Part shown: one piece after another, positions 43,717-56,560 of the stretch
Position numbering within the stretch: the stretch's first letter is position 1
Layout of the letters: every line of letters begins with the position of its first letter
Assembly: GCA_963575745.1 (NCBI GenBank)
Contig: CAUYUJ010000127.1
Span: forward strand, 1-64,000
From: Prorocentrum cordatum
Lineage: Eukaryota
Direction of reading: 5' to 3'
DNA length: 64,000 nucleotides
Translations under genes and position numbers: made by a program
Notes under the pieces: generated by a model
Told to the model about the DNA's origin: nothing
The model's database searches: none
Seen by the model: the letters and a program-made list of their open reading frames with translations, nothing else

Positions 43717-46700
43717 GAGCGGCCGCGCCGCCCGATACGTCCGTCCCCCAGACCCGATAGAGCTCAGAGGTCTCCGATTGATCCCGATCCGAGGCTGTCC
43801 CTGTCCTGGCGTCGTCTCAGGGACGGGGACTGCGTGCAGCTGGTTTCGGCCCCGCCGCCGGGCGCTTTCCTCGATGCGCCGCCGCCTCCTCCTCCTCCTC
43901 CTCCTCCTCCTCCTCCTCCCTCCTCCTCCTCCTCCTCCTCCTCCTCCTCCTCCTCCTCCTGCTCCTCCTCCTCCTCGTCTCCTCCTCCTCCTCCTCCCTC
44001 CTCCTCCTGCTCCTCCTCCTTCTCCTCCTCCCCCTTCCCCTCCTCCCCCCCCCCCAGGGCTGAGAGACGCCTGGAGCACCAGCTCCGTGAGCCGATTCGC
44101 CAACCCCCCCTCTCTACTACCCCCAACCTTTCGCCCGACCCGATCAGAGTGCAGTTCCTTGGCATCGCTCGGACGTGTGCATTTTTCCTTCGGCGAGGAC
44201 CATCGAGGAGCATCCTTGATCATTTGGCGAGAAAAAAAAACACGCACGGAACCCCCAAAAAACACAGGGAATGGACGTCCGAGCGATGGCGAGGTCCGGG
44301 AGAGGTCCAGGGCCCGGGGTCGAGGACAGGCGTCTCTCGCCGTGAAGCAAACGGACCCTGCGGGAAACGAGTCCTTGAAGTTGTTCGCCGCTGGCGGCTT
44401 CCAGGGGCCTCCCAAAATTCCGGGTCCGTCAAACAAAAATCCAGGACGACGAGTTGTTTTTGAGGGATGAATTGTAGATTGTTTCTCATTCTGCCTGCGC
44501 GTTTGCCTCGTAGAGACATTGCCTCCAGTTGAGGCAATGTCTCTACGCGCCCCCCCCGCGCGCGGCGTTCCCCACTACTCGCCCCACCCCGAAACGGTCC
44601 CACGACCAGAACGCGACCAGAATTCTAGTCGCGACAAGGCCGCGACTAGAACGCGACTAGAACGCGACTAGAACCACTACTTAACCACTACGATACAGCA
44701 AAACCCATGTCTTACCAGCCTCAACCACGCGGTTGTCAAATTGCGACGGTCGTGGTAAAATCGAAGCTGTGCGGTGGCGACAGTAGTCATGAATCCGGCA
44801 TGTGGTTTCGACGGCTGTCATGGTGATGGCGCGTTGCCGCCAGCATGTTCTGACGGCGTGGCTTCACCGCTGGAATCCTGGAGGGTGAGGGGATACTTAC
44901 ATGCTCCCTGCGCGAACCCAATCAGTGGTAGCACATGGTTGCAGGCATAGATATGCGTTTCCATGGGACGCAATGCAGTGCACGCAAGATCATCATAATG
45001 CACTTCGAAGCACAGCGGTATATAGAACAGGACCTCCTGTGTCTCTCGTGGCTTCGCAGCGTTGCATGACATGACATGCCACGTCACAGCACAACAGAGC
45101 CAAACGTGTTAGCGCATATCAATTTATGCTTCCGCATGCCATACTATTGCATTCCATCGAATGTCAAACACTGAACCCAGCACTACACGTCATGACGTAA
45201 CATTGCCTAGCATTGCATGGCATACCATGACGCATCGTGGAGTCCTACGGCGCCCCAATGCTTATAATTAACTGAATCGACCAGCGCTGTATTGGTCTGC
45301 GCAGTAGTAAATCGATATCATGCGAATATCAATACCCGTTTGCTGTTCATTTTGTTATTTAGCTCGGCAGATCATAACATGGCGTAGCATCGCATTGCAT
45401 TGCATAGCCCAGCATGCCATGTCTGTTCATACCATGTAAGGCGGTCGCATCGCTCTTCGTAGCAGACATCGCATGATATGGCTCAGCGTATCACCGTATG
45501 TATGTGTTACCGCATGTCACAGCGCAACATGGCATAGCATGCATTGCGCACTGTAGAGTAGATCGAGATACTGCATTGCATACTGCATCGTGACGTTGTG
45601 CTTCATAGCGTAGCATGAAGTATCATGGCATTCCATAGCATAGTGCAACATGGCGCCGTAGCGCTGCATTTTCCCTGGCCCATGGATTGGCGACCGATCA
45701 CTGGTCGACCAGTCGATGCGAGCGGAAGAGGAGGGATGAGCCAGACGCAGGAAACAAGGAATGTGGTACACATTATTCGTGACCGCCTTTCTGCTCTCAG
45801 TGCGGTCAGCACTGGAGCGACTAGAACTTAAGCGCGCGCCAAGCGCGCATGGTTCGAGTGTATGCATAAAGGTACACGGGGAGAAATAGAGAAAGAGAGA
45901 GAGAGAGAGAGAGATAACAACATATGTACATAACACAAATACACAGAGAAACAGAGAGAGAGAGAAAGAGAGAAAGAGGGAGAGCGAGAGAACACAGAGA
46001 GAGAGAGATATATATATATATATAGAGAGAGATAGAGATATAGACATAACCAAAATGAAGGGACAAAGAGAGGGTGGTACCTGAATATTTACGCACAGAA
46101 CTCAGCACCTGCACGCTATATAGATATATACATACACATGTGTGTACGCGTATAATTTCAATGTATATGTAAAGATATGTATACACACGCATGAATGTAG
46201 TTGTAGAGAGGGGGGGCGGTATAATGAGAGAGAGAGAAGGACACGGACACCTATAGATCATTACAGGGTTGCACATGTGCATTGTTATCCATAAGGTGTC
46301 AGGTTCAGCTAATTCAACTTCTATTCAGACAGAGTCATATACAGCAACATAGGCATTTGTGCATATCTACAAATGCTAAGACGAATACATACCACATCGT
46401 ATAGGAACATACATATCTATATATAGAGAGAGGGAAGCAGTAATCAAACGCAAGGGCTTCTAGAGGAATGTGTACTGAATGTGTGCACTCGGAGAAACGA
46501 GTGAGACTGATACACATATACATGTACATATATACAAAATGCGAACCTGTAGATACACACATGTATCTAAGCGCATGTAAGTATACTCACAGAAAGGCGC
46601 ACCTATAGGGACAACCTGAGCACACATGCACGGATATATGTGTATACATGTATTAAAAGATAGAAGACCCAGAGCAAGAGAGGGATGGAGTGAAAGAGAG

Positions 46701-47893
46701 AGAGAGAGTGTGTGTGTGTGCGAGGAGGAGAGAGGAGGCGCGGCCCATACATATACATGTGTATATATGTATATATATATATATGAAAGTCGATTGCTTA
46801 CACGTGTAAGTCGGAAGCGAGTAGACGCCAGCAGCACAATAATATGGAGAGAGGGAGAGAAAGGAGAGAGGAAGAGAGATAGACAGAGAGAGAGAGAGAG
46901 GACAAATCACAAAAAAGGGCCCGGAGCTGGGAACCAGGAGCCGCGGGAACCGGGAACCCAGAACCGAGAACCTTGAAACCGGGAACCGGGAACCAGGAAC
47001 CAAGAACCGGGAACCGGGAGCCTGGAGCCGGGAGCCGGGAACCCAGAACCAGCATGCGAAGCCAATTCTTATACACCACCACCGCTCGCAACAGTAATGT
47101 ACCGCAAGAAGTGTTAGGGGCAGGGTCATGCCAGACGACGCTGCAACGCCACGGCAGAAAGGAGCGCGGCGCAGCTCGCAGGCGCCGCGGCATGGGGAGT
47201 TCCTGAAGCAGAAACAGTACTTCTTGGTGGTGGTTGTGTATAACAATCGCTCCTCTCGGTAACCAAAACTTTATACACCACCACCGCGCGTGCTTCGATT
47301 AGTTATGTTTCGGTCCGTGAGGGGGTAACCCCAGGGGTTAGTCCGGTTGCCGTTGGCGGCGGGGAGGGGGGCTGCGGGCTTTTCACCAGAGCAAAACTGC
47401 ACCAAATCGCATCGCAGATTATTCTCGATCTTGGTGGTGGTAGTCATTTACTGTGCTCGGGCAGCCTAGGCCCCAGGAACCCGGATACCGGGAACCGGGA
47501 ATTGGAAATTGGGAGCCGGGAGCCGGGAACAACCGGGAACCCCAGGAGCCAGGAATCGGGAACCAGGAAGAACAGCTGAACCTCTGGAATTGGGCACCCC
47601 CGAAAGTGGGAACCGGGAAGTCGGCGACTAACAAAGCCTTTACTTCCTCCCCCTCCTCCTCCTCCTCCTCCTCCCTCCCTCCCTCCCTCCCTCCCTCCCT
47701 CCCTCCCTCCCTATCCCCCCCTCCCTCCCTGTCCCCCCTTCCCTCCCTTCCCTCCCTCCCTCTCCCTCCCTCCCCCCCCTCCCTCCCTCCCCCTCCCTCC
47801 CTCTCCCTCCCTCCCTCCCTCCCTCCCTCCCTCCCCCTCCCTCCCTGCCTCCCTCCCTCCCTCCTGCCTTCTTCTCTTCGCCCTCGCAATCAG

Positions 47894-47990
47894 GACCACG
47901 GTGCTCCTGTGGCTGTCCGCGGTCGCGCTGGCGCTCTCCTGGCTGCTCCCGTGCGCCCGGCGCCGCACCTGGCGGGCGGCGTCGAGGTGA
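47894..47990 (+). CDS. Candidate exon encoding a transmembrane-like segment and basic tail (TTVLLWLSAVALALSWLLPCARRRTWRAASR)
   Basis: CAG|G acceptor, all sense codons end in G/C; ends at either an AG|GT donor (47986) or TGA (47990). Confidence 0.5.
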
Positions 47991-48110
47991 TCTCGGCTGC
48001 CTCGGCCGCGCCATGTCCCGCTCCTCCTCGCTCGCCTGGCCCGCCCGCTCCGCCGGACCGCTCGCGCGCCCGGTGGCCACCCTCCGCTCCCCCGGCCTCC
48101 CCGCGTCTTG

Positions 48111-48323
48111 TCTGGACGCCCGAAATGGGTACCGAAAGAATGGGTACGATGCCCAACAGCAGTTCCTGTTCATTCTGAACAGGACTCGCTGTCCACGCCG
48201 CCGCGGCCTGTGTCCATTCGAGACAGAAGGCCGCCTGTCCAACAGCGGCCGCTGTTGGTTTGGGACAACATTTGTTGTTGGGCATTGTACCCATTCTTTC
48301 GGTACCCATTTCGGGTGTCCAAA
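48111..48323. mobile_element. MITE family E, ~50-bp TIR, 5-bp TSD TCTTG
   Basis: TIR T(C/T)TGGAC(G/A)CCCGAAATGGGTACCGAAAGAATGGGTAC(G/A)ATGCCCAACA; TCTTG on both sides. Confidence 0.9.
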
Positions 48324-49358
48324 TCTTGCACGCATAGCACAACGGGAGGGGCCTCGTTCGCGGGTCTCGGCCCCCGGGGGGCCTTCCACTCACCGCCCAC
48401 CAAACCACCCCAACCCAACCCGAAGGCCCACATTTATCCTCGATTTCCAGTGGGGGGGGGGTCGGGCAACATTGAAAAAACACATGGAACCCGTAATTAC
48501 CCCGCCCAAACCGAAATTCGGGCCAAATTCGGGTCTTCGGGTTGGGTTGGGGTGGTCTGGTATAGGTAGTCACCCACTGGGCCTCGGGGCCGTCCACGAG
48601 ACGACTCCGGAGGGACAGCCGGTCCCGGGGAGGGGGGTCCAGAGCTCTGCAGGGGGGCTCGACGCCGCGGACAACAATCACGACGTTGGGGGGGGGGGGG
48701 TCTGGGCCGCTCGCCTGGCCGCTCGCTCGCTCGCCGCTGGCCCGCCCGACCTCATGAGGGGAAAAAGCACACAGACACCATTAGTTAGTCGTCGACTCCC
48801 AGGAAAAGATAGGAGAACATGGGAAGTGGGGGGGGAGACAAAAACCCTGAAAATACATAGGAAAATAGGGGGCATGTTTTTTCATTTGTGTGTACTTCTT
48901 TATGTGTCCCTGGGGCCCCTTCACTGTTCGCTCCGTCTCCTCCTCCTCCTTCTCCTCCTCCTCCTCCTCCTCCTCATCCTCCTCCTCCTCCTCCTCCTCC
49001 TCCTCCTCCTCCCCCTCCTTCTCCTCCTCCTCCTCCTCCTCCTCCTCCTCCTCCTCCTCCTCCTCTTCCTCCTCCTCCTCCTCCTCCTCCTCCTCCTCCT
49101 CCTTCTCCTCCCCCCCTCCTCCTCCTCCTCCTCCTCCCCTCCTCCTCCTCCTCCTCCTCCCCCTCCTTCTCCTCCTCCTCCTCCTCCTCCTCCTCCTCCT
49201 CCTCCTCCTCCTCCTCCTCCCCCTCCTCCTGGGGCCCCGTCATGACCCTCGGCGGGTGTTTCTTTGCCGGCCTCGCGGGGTGGCTGCCGGCGGCCGCGCC
49301 CCGCCCCAGGCCGCCGCGAGGGCGCCCCCAGCGTGCCCCGCAGCGCCCCGACGGGCCG

Positions 49359-49586
49359 CCCTGACTCCGGATCCGCCCCACTTTGGGGAAATTCGTAAGT
49401 AGGGCGTGGAAGTTCCGCCTTACTTTTCAGGCCCCGCGGAGGCCTAAGTTCCGCCTCTTTTTTTCTGCGGCTGTTTCCGCCCAGTGCAGCAATGTCCGCC
49501 CTACTTTTTCCGCCTCTTACAGGTGGATTTCCGACGCAGTTTTAAGTTGGGAAAAAAGGCAAAGTAGGGCGGATTTGGAGTCAGGG
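49359..49586. mobile_element. MITE family G (CCCTGACTCC...GGAGTCAGGG), 2-bp TSD CG
   Basis: ~27-bp TIR; internal repeats of TCCGCCCTACTTT. Confidence 0.8.
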
Positions 49587-49661
49587 CGCCGGAGTGTCGG
49601 GGGCGGGAAACCTCTAGAGGTCCAGCGCATTGAAAAAGTCAAGGAACCCCAAGATCCAGCG

Positions 49662-49701
<40 letters not shown>

Positions 49702-50755
49702 AAAAAAATCAAGGCAGAGGTTTTTCGCCGTTTCCGGCCTTCCGAGGCCCTCGCCGGGCCTCGGGAGCGTCAAACATCGACTCAGGACGTCAAGCCGGTC
49801 CTGGGGAATGGGTCGAGGCTTCTGGGCACCCCGCATTGAAAAAATCACGGCCTCGGATCTCTGGCAAAGGGGGGGGTGATGACTAGGGGGGGGTATCATG
49901 GCGTGGGCCATGATATTTCCTCAGATTTCATAGCGCCTTTTTCTTATGTCATTCCGTCCCTGGCCCCCCCCCCGTGGGCCGCGCACGTGCCGCTGGCCAT
50001 GATTTGCGCCCCACCCCCTCGTGGACGCCCCCCTTTCGGCCGCCCCCGAGAGTGCCGCGCCATGACCCGACGGCCACACGTGCAATGCCGGGGAAAATTC
50101 TGGAAGGGGGCTTCTTCCCTTGAGTCCAGATCCCCTCGCGTTGTGACAAAACAAAAGACCACGACGGGAGGCTTTTCGCTATTTTCGCCCTTCGGGGGCC
50201 CCTGCCGGGCCCCAGGAGCGTCAAAAAGCGATTCGGGATGCAAAGCCGGTCCTGGGGAAGGGGTCCAGACCTTTGTGGGTCGACGTCGTGAGAAATCACG
50301 ACGTCGGGGTCTGGGATTCTGCCATCTCGCCAGAGGGTTGTACTGGAGGTGCCTCCAAAGGGCCCCGCAGGGAGGGGCGGGGGAGCCCGAGGGCGCCTGT
50401 TCCGGCAGGCGGTTCGCCCCCCCCCCCCCCCCCCCCCACACAAGCTCTCCGCTACTGGATCGTGTTTTGGCGCTTCTGTCGGGGAGATCTGCCCGGACAT
50501 GCTCGCGTCGTTCAAGGATCCGGACGGCCAGCTTTTCGTTGCTTTCGGCCCCCGGCCCCGGGGCCCTCGCCGGGCCCCGGGGAGCGTCAAAGAACGACTC
50601 GGGGTGAGAAGCGGGTCGTGGGGAAAGGGTCCAGGAGGGGAAACAAAAACAGACACAATGAATCGTCGATTCCTTCGAAAATATAAGAAAATATGGGCAG
50701 TGGGGGGGAAGACGAAATCCCCCCCCCAAATGGTGAAAGATGGGATTATATATAG

Positions 50756-50811
<56 letters not shown>

Positions 50812-53800
50812 TATTTGTGTGTATTGATTTGTGTGTCCTGGGGCCCCTTCAAGGGTCCAGACTTCGGGGACGCCGCCCTGAGCACACCCGGACGTCGCAG
50901 GTCTTGGCATGCTGGGGGTCCAGACGGCCGACGGCCACGAGGCCTCGTGGCACAATGTGTGCCGATTTGTGCACATGGCCGCGCTCCGCTGCGGATGCTT
51001 CGGGGGCTCTGCCGGGGTGATCCTCGCCTTCTTGACGAAAAATTGACAACCGTCCAAAGATATTCCAAAATGGACAACCAATACTCAACAAAATGGTCCC
51101 CAGGGTATTTTTTGATTATTTTGGGGGTATTCCTCCTGTAGAGGGACGGGCCCGACTTAACCTTTTTGTCCTCCGCCCAGCACCCCTCTGCTGCCCCCTC
51201 TCCTGCGGCTCCTCCGCCTCGTCCCGTTCTCCTCGACGTCACCGCCCTGTTTCAGGAGGGGAAAAACACACAGACACAATTAATCGTCGAGTCCCAGGAA
51301 AATATGGGAAAATATGGGAAGTGGTGGGGAAGACAAAAACCCAGAAAATATAAGAACATATGGGGAATCTTTTGATTTGTGTGTATTTATTTGTGTGTCC
51401 CAGGGCCCCTTCACTGTTCGCTCCGCACCTCCGCACCTCCGACGACGGGCCAGCCGAGAAACATGAGCTTAAGCTTTCGGAGCTCCTGGCGGGTTTCTTG
51501 GGCCTGCGCAGGGGGCCCCCTCCCTGGCGCCGGAGGCGCCGTTGGGGGATCGGCGCCAGAGGCGCCGCCAGGGGGGCCCCAGCGCCGCTCCGTGAGATCG
51601 GCACGGAGCTCCGCACGCGTGTGGTTGTGCAGCTCTCTTGTTCCTCCTCTTAGCCGCGGAGTCGTGCCATGGGATCTCGGAGAGCGGTGGAGTTGGACAT
51701 CTACCCGCCCTCCTGCGGGGGCGGGTGTCCACATCATCCACCGTTGCCCGAGGTCCCGAGCCCACGTCCCCGTGGCAGTGGATATGGACATATCTGGGCG
51801 GCACACGTCCCTCTTCCACCTTCCCTTCCTTCCTCGTCCCGTCCTCTGTCATGCACACGTTTTCCCTTCAGTCCTCGTCACTCCCTTTTCTTCGTCCTCT
51901 ATTCCCTTCCTCCCTCGTCTCTGCCTTCCTTCCTCGTCTCTGCATTATTTCCTCGTCTCTGCCTTCCTTCTCTCCCTCCTCTCCTCGTCTCTCCCTTCTC
52001 TCTTTCCTCGTCTCTACCGTTCTCCCCTCCCTCGCCTTACTATCCCTTCCTATCCTCGTCCCTTTTCTTCTTCGTCCCGTCCTCTGCCCTCGTTTTTGTT
52101 GGTGTCTTGTTTTTGTTTCCCCCCTCCCCCTCCCTCCTCTTTTTCCCTCTGTCCTCGCCCCCTCCCCCTCCCCCTCCTCTCCCTCCTCCCCCCTCGTCGT
52201 CGTCGTCGTCGTCCTCCTCCTCCTCCTCCCCTCCTCCTCCTCCTCCTCCTCCTCCTCCGCCTCCTCCTCCGCCTCCTCCTCCTCCTCCTCCTCCTCCTCC
52301 TCCTCCTCCTCCTCCTCCTCCCCTCCTCCTCCTCCTCCTCCTCCTCCTCCTCCTCCTCCTCCTCCCCTCCTCCGCCTCCTCCTCCTCCTCTCCTCCTCCT
52401 CCTCCTCCTCCTCCTCCTCCCCTCCTCCTCCTCCTCCTCCTCCTGTCCTCCTCCTCCTCCTCTTACCTCTGTCCTCGCCCTCTTCCCTCCTCGTCGCCCC
52501 CCTGCCTCCTCGCCCGCGGCACGATCGGGCGCCCTGGGGCCCCGTGGGCCGCACCTCGCCGCGCCTCGTCGTGCCTCTCCGCGGCGCCGCGCGGGTCCGC
52601 GAGGCGGCCGGCCCGGGCCGCTCAAGAGAGGCGCTCACCTGCCTCCTCCGGCCTCCTCCTGCCTCCCCCCCTCCTCCAGCCCCCCCCCCTCCTCCACCCC
52701 TCCTCCCGTTCTCCGCCTCCTTCCCCCTCCTCCTGCTCCCCCTCCCTCCTCCCTCCTCCCCCACCTCTCCTGCCTCGTCGTCCTCGTCCGCTGCCTCGTC
52801 GTCGTCGACCTCTTCCTCCCTCTCATTCCTCTTCTCTCCCCACCTCGTCTTCCTATCCCTCCCCGTCGTCCTATCCCTCCTCGTCATAATCCCCCGTGCG
52901 TATTCCGTTTCTTCCTCGTACTCCTCCTTGCCTTGCCTGCCCTCTTCGTCGTCTTCGTCCCCCTCCTCCTTCCCCTCCTCCTCCTCCTCCTCCTCCTCCT
53001 CCTCCTCCTCCTCCTCGCCCTCCCTCCTCCTCCTCCTCCTCCCTCCCTCCTCCTCCTCCCTCCTCCTCCTCCTCCTTGTTCCTTCTCTGTCTCCCCCTCC
53101 TCTCTTTCTCCTTCCGTCCCTCCTCTCATAGTCACTCCTGTCGCACAACCAGACGTATTCGTAAGCCCGGCGGGCGTTTCGCTGGAATCTTCTCTACACT
53201 CGGTTACCTTGGAAATTGCAAGCCTCAGCGATTACACAGATGGAAGTGCCTGTCGGTTTCAAGATGCGGCTCTCGCGTCAGCGCCGCGCGCACTTGTTTC
53301 AACCGGTCCCGGCAGCTGCGCGGATGGAGGGCCGGTCCTGTTCAAAATGTGGCTCTCGCATTGGGGAAGACGAGCAGTGGAGAGGAGGCGTACTGCCTAA
53401 GCGTGTCCAGATGTCTGGGATATGCAAAACAAGTGTCTGGAGTGCCAAAACATGCTTGACACATGTTTCGAGCATGTTTGAAGCATACAGGAGATATTTG
53501 AAGTACAGTTTAATTCAGTGATCGAATGGTTAGAGTGTCCATGCTCATGGCATCCACAACTCTCGCAATGTCTCCGCAAACATTCACCTCCTTCAGAAGT
53601 TACAGAGCTCGAGGGCTGGTCGTTTTCAACATGCAGCTCTTGCCTTGGCGCCGCACAGCCTCGTTCCCAATGCACGTTGGCACTTTGCAGCAGCTGCAAG
53701 GATGCAGGCTGGCTCGTGTTCAACACGCGCCTCTCGTTTCAGACATCTTCTCCTCCTTCTTTCCCCTCTCGCCGTGCTCCCTCTCGTCCTCTGCCTCCTC

Positions 53801-56173
53801 GCATTCCTTCCTCTTCCTTCCCCTTGTTTGTACCCCCCATCATCCATTTCCTCCCCTCGTCCTTTTCGTCCTCCTTGTCACTGGCCTCCCCCCCCAGCGC
53901 GCACGCCGCGATAGCAGCGGCTCGGGCTGCCGAGCGGGCGGAGGAGAGGTCCACGGAGCGAGCCGTTCCTTGTCCCTTTGCCTCTCCTCTCTCTACCCTC
54001 CCCCTCTCCTCCCCCTCCTTCCTCCCCCCTCCTCCTCTCTCCCCCTCTCCCCCTCCTTCCTCCCCCCTCCTCCTTCCTCTCCCCCTCCTTCCTCCCCCCT
54101 CCTCCTTCCTCCCCCCTCCCCCTCTCCTCCCCCTCCTTCCTCCCCCCTCTCTCTACCCTCCCCCTCTCCTCCACCCTCCTCCTCTCCTTCATTTGTCCCT
54201 TTGCCTCTCCTTCTCCTCCCCCTCCTCCTCAGCCCTCTCAGGCACTTCCGCGATTCGGTTCTCTTCCATTCCCACGGGTTCGGTTTGGGCAGTTGGTGCT
54301 GAACCTCCTCCTGCTCCGTGCTCCTTCGTGGTCCTCGAAGCCCTCTTCCTGTTCCTCCTCCTTGCCCCCGTGCTCCTGATTTCCGCTGCGTGCCCACTGG
54401 GTCCGGGCCCGAGGCAAGAGGGCGGACCTCCTGGCCACTCCCACGGAACTCGCCAGTTGAGGGTGTGGTTTCTTGACGCGCGTGTTCTCCGTGTCTCTTG
54501 CGCTGGATGGAAGCCTTCCATGATCCGGCCGTCTGCGGTACGTCCCGCCACCGCGCCAGCACAGCGTCCCGGGTGGCGACTGTTCGAGGGGACCACGGGA
54601 GTCCGTCACGTGTAGCACCTCATGCCCCTAAGCGTGGGGGAGCTTCGCTAGGGGATGATGCGGATGATGAGGTCGAGGCAGAGCAGCAGGAGAAGGTGGT
54701 GGAGGAGGAGGAGGAGGAGGAAGGGGAAGGCCATCATATGTGACACCTTTCGTTTCCACTCCTCGAGGAGCTCTCATGGAGCTGATTCGGGACGTCTTGG
54801 TGCTGGCAGTCTGGGGGGTCCATTTTGGCGGGCCGTTCTAGTGCCCTGTTGGGGCGTCTCGGGGCCCTCGCAGCCCATCTTGAGGCTCTCTTTGCCCGTC
54901 TTGGGGCCCTCTTGGCCACACAGAGGGTGTTTCGGGGCTGCCGTGGGGAGTCTTGACGCCGTCTTGGGCAGTCAAATGGCCTTCTGAGGTAGTCGTGGGT
55001 CTCTCCACAACAACCTCTTGGGCCGTCTTGGGTCCATCCTGGAGACCTCTTGGGCCATCATGGGGTGCTCTTGGGCCGTCTTGGGGCCCTCTTGCGAAGC
55101 GTGTGAGGCGGTTGCCGAGACAGTCTGGGGGACCGAATGCGGTACAACCCACTTAGGACTTCAGAGGAGCTCCCTATGCTGCAATGAAGCGTAAGAGCGG
55201 TGTGCCGAAATTGGCAGGGGAAAATGCGGTATCATCCCCCAGAGTTTCGTTGCAGCTTCCTACGGGGCCACGGAGCGTGTGAGGAACATGCCGACTTGTC
55301 GGGAAGCGTGTCAGGGGTGCGCATGAAGGAAAAAGGAGACGCGCTCGCTGCTGATTCAAAAGAGAGGCCGGAAACTTACTCCCCGATGCCCTCTCGGGAC
55401 ACTCCTGGAGCGCTCTCTTGGGCATGTTGCGCTGTCCCGCAATCTTTCTGGGCCTCTTGTGAGGCTCTTCTGGGCCAAATACGGGCCATCCTGAGGCCCC
55501 AGCAGCCCATTAGAAGCGAGAAGGCGATATTCCTAAATTCATTGCACAACGAAAGTACGTTGAACGATTTGAGCCTTCCCAGGGAACCCTTGAGCGACTT
55601 CGGAGACCGATGAGGCCTCCTTCGAGACATCTCGCAGCCTCCATGAGGCATGTAGGATGCCACACCCGTAGTCCAGCTTGGGCGATCTTGCGCCATGTTG
55701 GAGACCATCTTGAGGCAATTGGTAGCCCGTCCCCAGTTCTACATTGGCATGTTCCCGTCTCTTGGGCGCTCCGGCCCCGTCCTGCTCAGTCCCCTCGTGT
55801 AGAGACTCATGCAGGCAGTGCCACTGCCACTGTCACTTACGGCCATTGGGGCCATCGTGGGACCATCTTGAGCGCAACTATCTCCACTACCCCCCACCCA
55901 CCCACTCACCCGCTCACTTCAGACCCACGGGAGGGGGGGGAGGGTACCACCCTCCCCGAATTAGTAAGGAATGGGTTAGGAAGATCTGGCTCCCTCAACC
56001 AGCTGCGCCCAGAGGGTTGATGGGATCTACTGCAGGATTCCTCCAAATCTTGCCATTTCGCGAATCGCCACCAGCCCATCCAGGAACGACGCCCAGGCGC
56101 GTTGCCTTGATCACGGAAGTGTAGCAATATGTAGTGGATCTAAGATGGAGGGGAGTTTATAGATGGGAAAAAG

Positions 56174-56263
56174 GGAGGAGGAGGAGGAGGAGGAGGAGGA
56201 GGAGGAGGAGGAGGAGGAGGAGGAGGAGGAGGAGGAGGAGGAGGAGGAGGAGGAGGAGGAGGA

Positions 56264-56336
<73 letters not shown>

Positions 56337-56560
56337 GGAAAGGATGACGAGCAAGCAGAAGGAGGCAAAGAGGAAGAGGAGAAGGAGGTGGACCAGTGGG
56401 AAGAGGAGGAGGAGGAGGAGGAGGAGGAGGAGGAGGAGGAGGAGGAGGAGGAGGAAGAGGAGGAGGAGGAGGAGGGAGAGGAGGAGGAGGAGGAAAGGAA
56501 GAGGAGGAGGAGGAGAAGGAGGAGGAGGAGGAGGAGGAGGAGGAGGAGCAGGAGGAGGAG
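56174..56560. repeat. (GAG)n-(CAG)n microsatellite
   Basis: Direct reading. Confidence 0.97.

Noticed and set aside
51511..51594. Possible terminal exon GAPSLAPEAPLGDRRQRRRQGGPSAAP-stop
   Set aside because: Low complexity, ambiguous frame, and phase does not fit the 47894 candidate.
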